A stretch of 64,000 nucleotides of DNA from Octopus vulgaris (lineage: Eukaryota). The translations under genes were made by a program, and so were the position numbers. The notes beneath the pieces were generated by a model. That model saw nothing but the letters and a program-made list of their open reading frames with translations. It did not search any database and was not told where the DNA came from. Every line of letters starts with the position of its first letter. The stretch's first letter is position 1. Below are positions 56,806 to 64,000 of this stretch, piece after piece. The stretch lies in the NCBI GenBank assembly GCA_951406725.2, contig OX597827.1, positions 26,660,001-26,724,000 of the forward strand, in the 5' to 3' direction.

Positions 56806-57140
56806 GTCTGTGTGATACGATATGATAATACATTACGTAAAGCGGTGTCGGGAATCTCACATACCGAAGCTCTTTCTTAGTAATTGCCAGTGTCTTTCGC
56901 AACCGACCAAACTAAATGAATACGCTATCTCATTGTATTGAGTGCTGTTTTGTTTGTTCCTGCGGTTAATATTTGTTTACTCACACGCACGCGCGCACAC
57001 ACACACACGCGCGCACACACACACTCACACACGCATCTGGTTTTGTCGAGTTTTTGTAAAGCGGTTGTCGCTAATGTTATTTTTTTTGTTCGTCTCTTAC
57101 TTTTATTTATTCCATAAGCTGTAAAAACAAATAATGACAA

Positions 57141-57604
57141 CATTAATCTACTTTATACGTGTTTAAAGAGTTATTTTATTAAACTCCAGACGCGTTTCGA
57201 CTCATCCAAATATCTTCAGTACTGTTGTTGAACTTCTGTATTTAAAGGGTAACATTATATTTGTATCAATGGCCTGTTCAGTTCTTTTATAATGTTATTT
57301 ACAGTGAAACTTGTATGCAGTTATAGAAATCAGATAAGATGAAGTATGAAGGTGAGACAGATTAAAGTGGTTTTCTTTTTTATATAACTTTATTCACTTT
57401 AACCCTTCACCTTTCATCTTATCCGATTTCTTAAACTACACAGATCTTTGAATGTAAATAACATTAGGTTTTAATTGAACACACCATTAATACAAATATA
57501 ATTTTCCTTTAAAAATCAGTCCACCAACTGTGCTGAATAGATCTGAGTGAATCTACTGGAGTTTAATAAAATAACTTATTAAATACATACAAAGTAGATT
57601 AATG
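57141..57604. repeat. Old diverged palindrome (~210-bp arms) with degenerate hammerhead
   Basis: cattaatctacttt/aaagtagattaatg, gttattttattaaactccag/ctggagtttaataaaataac, gaaatcagataagatgaa/ttcatcttatccgatttc. Confidence 0.75.
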
Positions 57605-58554
57605 CCCTTCTTAGTTTGTTCTTTCACATTTATACAGTAAAAAGTGATGTATGCATCATATAAAATAAAATAACACAAATTACCCTCTTTCGCTTCAAAA
57701 AGAAGTGAACGGATGCGGAAATATGGTGTTGAATTGTGTACAGTACGGTTGCTGCCATTTTAACGACCAATGGCTGGTTGTTGTGAGAAGACGGAACCAA
57801 TATATGCAACAGAAGAACTGTCTTTCCGCTCAGAAGCGGTTGGTAGGAACCTGGAGTAGCTCGAAGTGGAGACTTCCACTAAAATGTATCTAAGACATTA
57901 ATATTTCTTACTTTCTGTCTTTCTTTCTTTCTTTCTGTCTTTCTTTCTTACACACACACGCACACACACACACACAGAAACACAGAAACACACATGCACA
58001 TACATATATACTGGAAGTAATAACATTAATGAGGTTATCCAAGGCGCTTCTGGCTATGTACTCAGTCCCCAGAGCTGTTTCGTGTATATCAACGCTAGGT
58101 GAACTCTCTTACTTAAGCACAAACTTAGAGTAGAAATATTCGTCATACAATTAGAAAGTTATGCATAGATACATATCCAGCAAGTTAGAAAATACCAGCA
58201 TTGACGGAAATAGTTGCCACTCTTGGTCCTGCAATAAATACTTTACATTTCATCCAGATGGCTGCATCTTTGCTAAGCAGACGCATGAGACAACTACTAA
58301 ATACCTGATCAACGATACAGATAGGGATGTCTCTAGAACAGTCATGGTTAAAAATTTTCGAGTGGTGAACCGCATGAGACATGGCTCACCATTAAGTGGG
58401 CTACAATACTAAAAATTCAAGATAATTTTTTGCTTGGTGTACCATTTAGAAAACCTTGCGGAAAGCAGTTTGCCCACGACTGCTCTAAACATTCATCTCA
58501 TGTTAGAAAATGGTGATAACTTTATACTAGATTGGAAGATATTTATTTTTTTAT

Positions 58555-58758
58555 TATCCACAGGGGGCTAAACATAGAGGGGACAAACAAGGAGAGATTA
58601 CATCGACCCCAGTGTGTAACTAGTACTTATTTAATCGACACCGAAAGCATGAAAGGCAAAGTGGACCTCAGCGGAATTTGAACTCAGAACGTAGCGGCAG
58701 ACGAAATACTAGTAAGCATTTCGCCCTGCGTACTAACGATTCTGCCAGCTCACTGCCC
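58555..58758 (-). mobile_element. SINE family A
   Basis: Reverse complement of the family head and core. Confidence 0.8.
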
Positions 58759-59054
58759 TAAAAAAATTGGAACATATTAGTCAGGGTAGCAGCAGCTCTG
58801 CAAAAGTGTCTGCTAGTGCTACTTTCCGATTAAGTTTAATACTGTCGCTAAAACTATCTCCAATGATATACACCACATGGATTGTCCAGATGGTCATAAT
58901 AAAGGCACAAAAGAACTGTCTAAAATCTACAGCTTTATAAATGAAGTATACTGCTAGAACATACTTATAAAGAGAGTAATCCAGTATAAGCGCAATAAGC
59001 TAGTTAACGTAGTATAGGAAAGGGAGCAGACATCATTAGGGACCAGCTCCTCGG

Positions 59055-59187
59055 CGGCTGTGTGGTAAGTAGCTTGCTTACCGACCACATGCGTGGAACC
59101 GTGGGCAAGTGTCTTCTGTAATAGCCTCTGGCTGACCAATACCTTGTGAGTGGATTTGGTAGACGGGATCTGAAAGAAGCCCGTCGC

Positions 59188-59218
<31 letters not shown>

Positions 59219-59443
59219 CATGTGTGTGTGTGTGCGTGCGTGCGTTTGTGTGTCTGTGTTTGTCACCCCACCATCGTTTGACAACCACTACTGGTGTGTT
59301 AACGTCCCACGAGCTAGCGGTTCGGCAAAAGTAACCGATAAAATAAGTACTAGACTTACAAAGAATAAGTCTGGGAGTCGATTTGTTCGACCAAAGCAGT
59401 GCTCCAGCATGGCCGCAGTCAGATGACTGAAACAAGTAAAAGA
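59055..59443 (+). mobile_element. SINE family B
   Basis: Colinear with 10947-11356. Confidence 0.82.
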
Positions 59444-59802
59444 ATGAAAAAAATAATTAACTAATGAAAAATTCACAGCTCTTATATCAGAGGCTCCAGA
59501 GTTTCATGTGTATCTATTATCATTGACGCATTTAACTACGCATCATCATGTCTGCATAAAAACCTAGCAACGCTACGTTTCTCTAAATAAGAACAGAACA
59601 GGCTGACGTCCATTCTCTGACATAGTCGATGAGAAGTATATTGGTAATCTGCTCATGCATATAATGCACACACCAACCGATTCACATAACTACAAACACA
59701 CACATATACACACATGTACGCACACATACACACATGTACGCACACGCATACACACATGATATAATATAATATAATATGATATAATATGATATTATATTAT
59801 AT

Positions 59803-59891
<89 letters not shown>

Positions 59892-60669
59892 TAAACAAGA
59901 TTACATATACAGCCCACAGATCACGTACACTCGTAAAGCAGGTCTTCGCGTTTTTGACAGCTGAGAAACATTACAACATTTTCAAAATACATTTCGAAAT
60001 CATATGATTAAGAGGTAAAACTACCAGCAATGTATATGATATAAGGGAAAAGTTACCAGTATTTAGAAGTGTGTAAAGCATTGTGACCTATGTTGTATAG
60101 AGAAACTTCACATCAGTCTTTGCTTGATTCCGGTGCAAACCAATAGAAATGATCTTATCTCAACCTGCCCATACATGGCTAAATTCCTTCTTCTGAACTT
60201 AATATTAGTCGTAGCTTGACTCCAATCGTAACTAATAGAAACGAACTTATTTCAACCTGTCCAGACGAGGTTTAATCCTTTCTTGTGAACTTCAAAACAG
60301 ACTTTCTTAATTCATAATAAATAGTAAATGCGTCAATGATTTTGTGATCAATTGAAGGTTGTGAGCCATGCTTTCTAAACCATCTGATGCGGTGTAGAAT
60401 CGAGGAAATGATTGTTTGAACGAGACTGTGGTTCGGATTATTTGTATGTCTATTTACCTTATATAGGAATAAACACACGATCACACAAGCACAAACATAT
60501 ATACATACATGCATACATACATACCCACACGCTCATATATAAACATGCAAGCACATACACATTGTAGAAATTTGTGTCCTCAAGTACGTTTGCCGGTATT
60601 TGTGTGTGTGTGTGTGAATATATGAGTGTATTCATGTGTGTGTGCATGTATGCGTGTGTGTGTGCGTGC

Positions 60670-60730
<61 letters not shown>

Positions 60731-60800
60731 CGAAATTTGCTACGGAGAAACTAGCAATAATTTTGAAAGTTTCGAAAGATCTGACAAAAGATTATTGTAA

Positions 60801-60947
60801 GAGGGCCCAAGACATATCGATTCCCAACCGCGTTTACCATCAAATGCATAAGGGGACCAAGATATATCGATTATCAGTCGTCTATAACATGAAGTCTTAG
60901 AAAGGTCCAAGATGTATCGATTATCAGCCGTTTATAACATCAAGTAC
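60801..60947. repeat. Three-copy 50-bp tandem repeat
   Basis: ccaaga...tatcgatt at 60807, 60857 and 60907. Confidence 0.8.
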
Positions 60948-61705
60948 AGTCATCAGACAATGCTCTCTGATGCAATTTCTCATATTGGCACATCGACTGT
61001 CAAATTACCTTTGGTCAGATGGTTGTATTCACCAATGAAAAGTAGCTGATCGATAGATCGATAGTTTTAATGTCACATTAACTAAGAATGGACAATACCG
61101 GAATAACTAAATAAATAAATAAATGAATAAATGAATGAAATCAATGAATAAAGATTTCAACTTGGATACTGATTTTATATAGAGATTTCATAAGTGCATA
61201 CATAATGTCTAAACAGTTTTGGGCGATGGATATACATTGGTGCACACAGCTACGCAGATGCGCGAGTCAGTGACGGGGTCACTATGTGCCGCTTGATCTG
61301 GTAGAAGTGACAATCAAGTCTTCATCGAATCACTTTCATTCGTCTAAAGAAAGGGAAGAACACATTGGATAATTTCTTCCGAGAGATGCTATGTCTGACA
61401 GAATGAAATATACAGAACTGTCTGTCACGATGATGTTGTAAGCCGCAATAGAAAGTAATTACGTTGGCACTAGACACACACATACACTAATACACGCACA
61501 TGCACACATACACACATATACACACCGATACACACATACACAATTATAGGCACATGCACGTAAATACACAGATATGTACGTATGCATATGTATAGGTATA
61601 CATATAGTAAAATCGACAGAAATAGTAAAGTGAACCTGTTACTGGGAGTGGAAAATCCAACGTTTCGGACAGACTTCCTTTATCGAAAATAAGTTGACAA
61701 GAGAG

Positions 61706-61776
<71 letters not shown>

Positions 61777-62320
61777 GATTGAGCTCTATTCTGCGGCTGA
61801 TATTAAGATATCCAGTACTGTTCTTCATCAACAAATGAATAGAGGAAACATGTGTTTCAGTAAATATATTTCAAAAACTTCATTAACAGTATTCCAAGAC
61901 AATGCAATTTAGAGATAAAAGATGAAGACAAAAAGAAACTGTAATTCTAAAGTCAAAATGTATGCAAGAAACGTAATGAATAACAACGCATAGTTCCATG
62001 TGTGTGTCAGAAAGATATGAAGAAAGAGCAGAGTATTAGAAGAGAACATCGTCCTGACGAAGATCACAAGACCTTATTTCTTCGGTGGACATTTTCACTC
62101 GGTTGTCAGCATAATTACACCCACTTGTGATTACATGTGTGTGTGTGCACGAGCGTATACATTCTGTGCGCTTTTTTTGTCTTCATCTTTCTTCAATAAC
62201 ACTATCTTAATCTATTTTTCTGTCTCAGCCTATGTTCTATCTTCTCAATGTACACACACACATACACACAGACATAACACATATATATAATATATATCAT
62301 ACGCACACACACACATACTT

Positions 62321-62377
<57 letters not shown>

Positions 62378-62533
62378 TATACACACACACATATATATAT
62401 ATATATTTATTGTATGTGTATCTCTCGCTTCATATATTGGTTTTCTATTAACCGATACTGCTACCATGGCCTCTAACTAAGCAAAGCTTGGTTATGTTCA
62501 TTCACTTACAACTTTATTCTTTCTACATATATT

Positions 62534-62584
<51 letters not shown>

Positions 62585-63354
62585 ATATATATATATGTAT
62601 ATATATATAGACACATACATACTTATATAACCCTATTTGATCCGAGGTTAATACTTTTATACACATGATTATCTTGAGTCATTAACCAACGTCAGCTCAT
62701 TTATTTAATCCAATATTATCTTTTCCACTATAGCCTCCCATAATTTTCCAAACGCATCTATTACTATTATTATTGTTGTTATTACTCCTGAAGTTATTAT
62801 TATTGCCATATATATATATATATTAGCTCTGTAGCTGTGTTGGTGTCTTAGTTAGCTTTTCGTCTTCGTTTTCCGTTTTCCGTATTTCGGTTTTTCCTTT
62901 GCTTTGTTTCGCTTTGTTTCATTATGGACTTAACCAATCGCATTTCGTCTGTTACGTCTGTCTGTCTAGTATGCGTTGATTGTTCACATACAATCCAGCT
63001 TTTTCATTTCAGCCAGAGAATTGATTGATCTTCTTATGTCTTTGGAGTGCCAGACAATGTCTTAGCTATTTGCCATTACTTAGACTCGCCTCTCTCTGTT
63101 CATAACATCGCCATAGCACACATAACAGAACACACAACATTACGACAGAGCATTAAACATAGGCTTCCAGACTGACGCTTTTTATACGAAGCAAACTTAT
63201 TCCAGCCGACATATTTCTAAACGTTTAAAGTAGTCAAACACTTCCTTCGTCTCCTTCTTCCTTCCTTTCTTTCTATTTAGTCTACACAACCGCGCACCCG
63301 CGAATCTATGCGTGTGTGCTTGCGCGTATGTAGGAAAGCGTGTGTATATATTAA

Positions 63355-63497
63355 TCACGTTGAAATTTCCGCCGAGATCAACTTTGCCTTTCATCTTTTC
63401 GGGGTCGATAAATTAAGCACCAGTTGCGTACAGGGGTCGATCTAATCGACTGGCCCCTCTCACAAAATTTCGCGTCTAGTGCCTATAGTAGAAAGGA
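63355..63497 (+). mobile_element. SINE family A, 3' part
   Basis: actttgcctttcatcttttcggggtcgataaattaag...agtagaaagg. Confidence 0.8.
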
Positions 63498-63515
63498 TTA
63501 TTATTATTGTTATTA

Positions 63516-63575
<60 letters not shown>

Positions 63576-63576
<1 letters not shown>

Positions 63577-64000
63577 TTTTTTTCTTCTTTCAAATTTGCT
63601 TCCATTTCTTGCCAAGTGTCTTCCCGACTCCTAGGGCAAAGAAACTCATAGTATACATTGGTAGGCCATTAAACCAAACTCAATACTTCGTTCATTTTTT
63701 TTATTTTTTATTTTTTTTAAAGTTAAATTAAAATACATGGGTAGTAATAATTCTCACATCGACAATGCTCTCAATACGTGTGATGTACCAGTTAAGACAA
63801 TCTTTTGTACTTCTTGCAGGGATGGTAAGCCAGGGATCATTCTCATATAATTTTCGGTTCCCTTCTTGATCATTCCTAGTGCTCCTACGATCACTGGTAT
63901 TGTAACCGCCTTGAGATGCCACATTTTCTCAATTTCAATGAGTAGGTCTTTATATTTTCTGAGCTTGTCAAACACTTTCGCTGAGATATTATGAACTACC
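63576..64000 (-). mobile_element. R4/Dong-type LINE 3' end (REL endonuclease C-terminus and 3' UTR), runs off the window
   Basis: KLRKYKDLLIEIEKMW...VTIPVIVGALGMIKK...VQKIVLTGTSHVLR; the 3' end abuts (TAA)n. Confidence 0.82.

Noticed and set aside
60801-60947. CRISPR-like array
   Set aside because: Whole units are similar with no unique spacers; eukaryotic context and no cas genes.
62054-62085. CTGACGA followed by a weak hairpin
   Set aside because: No GAAA or NUH site.

Overview
Repeat-dominated, AT-rich eukaryotic DNA, probably intergenic or intronic. The SINE families and microsatellite density suggest an octopus (inference). No intact host gene could be supported; almost all track ORFs are translations of simple repeats. 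Mobile elements recognised: a near full-length frameshifted Tx1/L1-clade LINE plus two 3' fragments arrayed in (GATA)n tracts (27.2-35.2 kb), Penelope-like element (PLE) remnants, R4/Dong-type and CR1-type LINE 3' ends, an internally deleted Gypsy element, a mariner remnant, a non-autonomous Helitron and many tRNA-derived SINEs. The most interesting signal is a set of PLE-type elements in microsatellites, several forming near-perfect palindromes, that carry minimal type-I hammerhead ribozyme folds. Some have non-canonical cores: a compensatory G3-C8 swap (GUGAACA) and U4C (CCGANGA). All folds and alignments were done by eye and ribozyme activity is untested.
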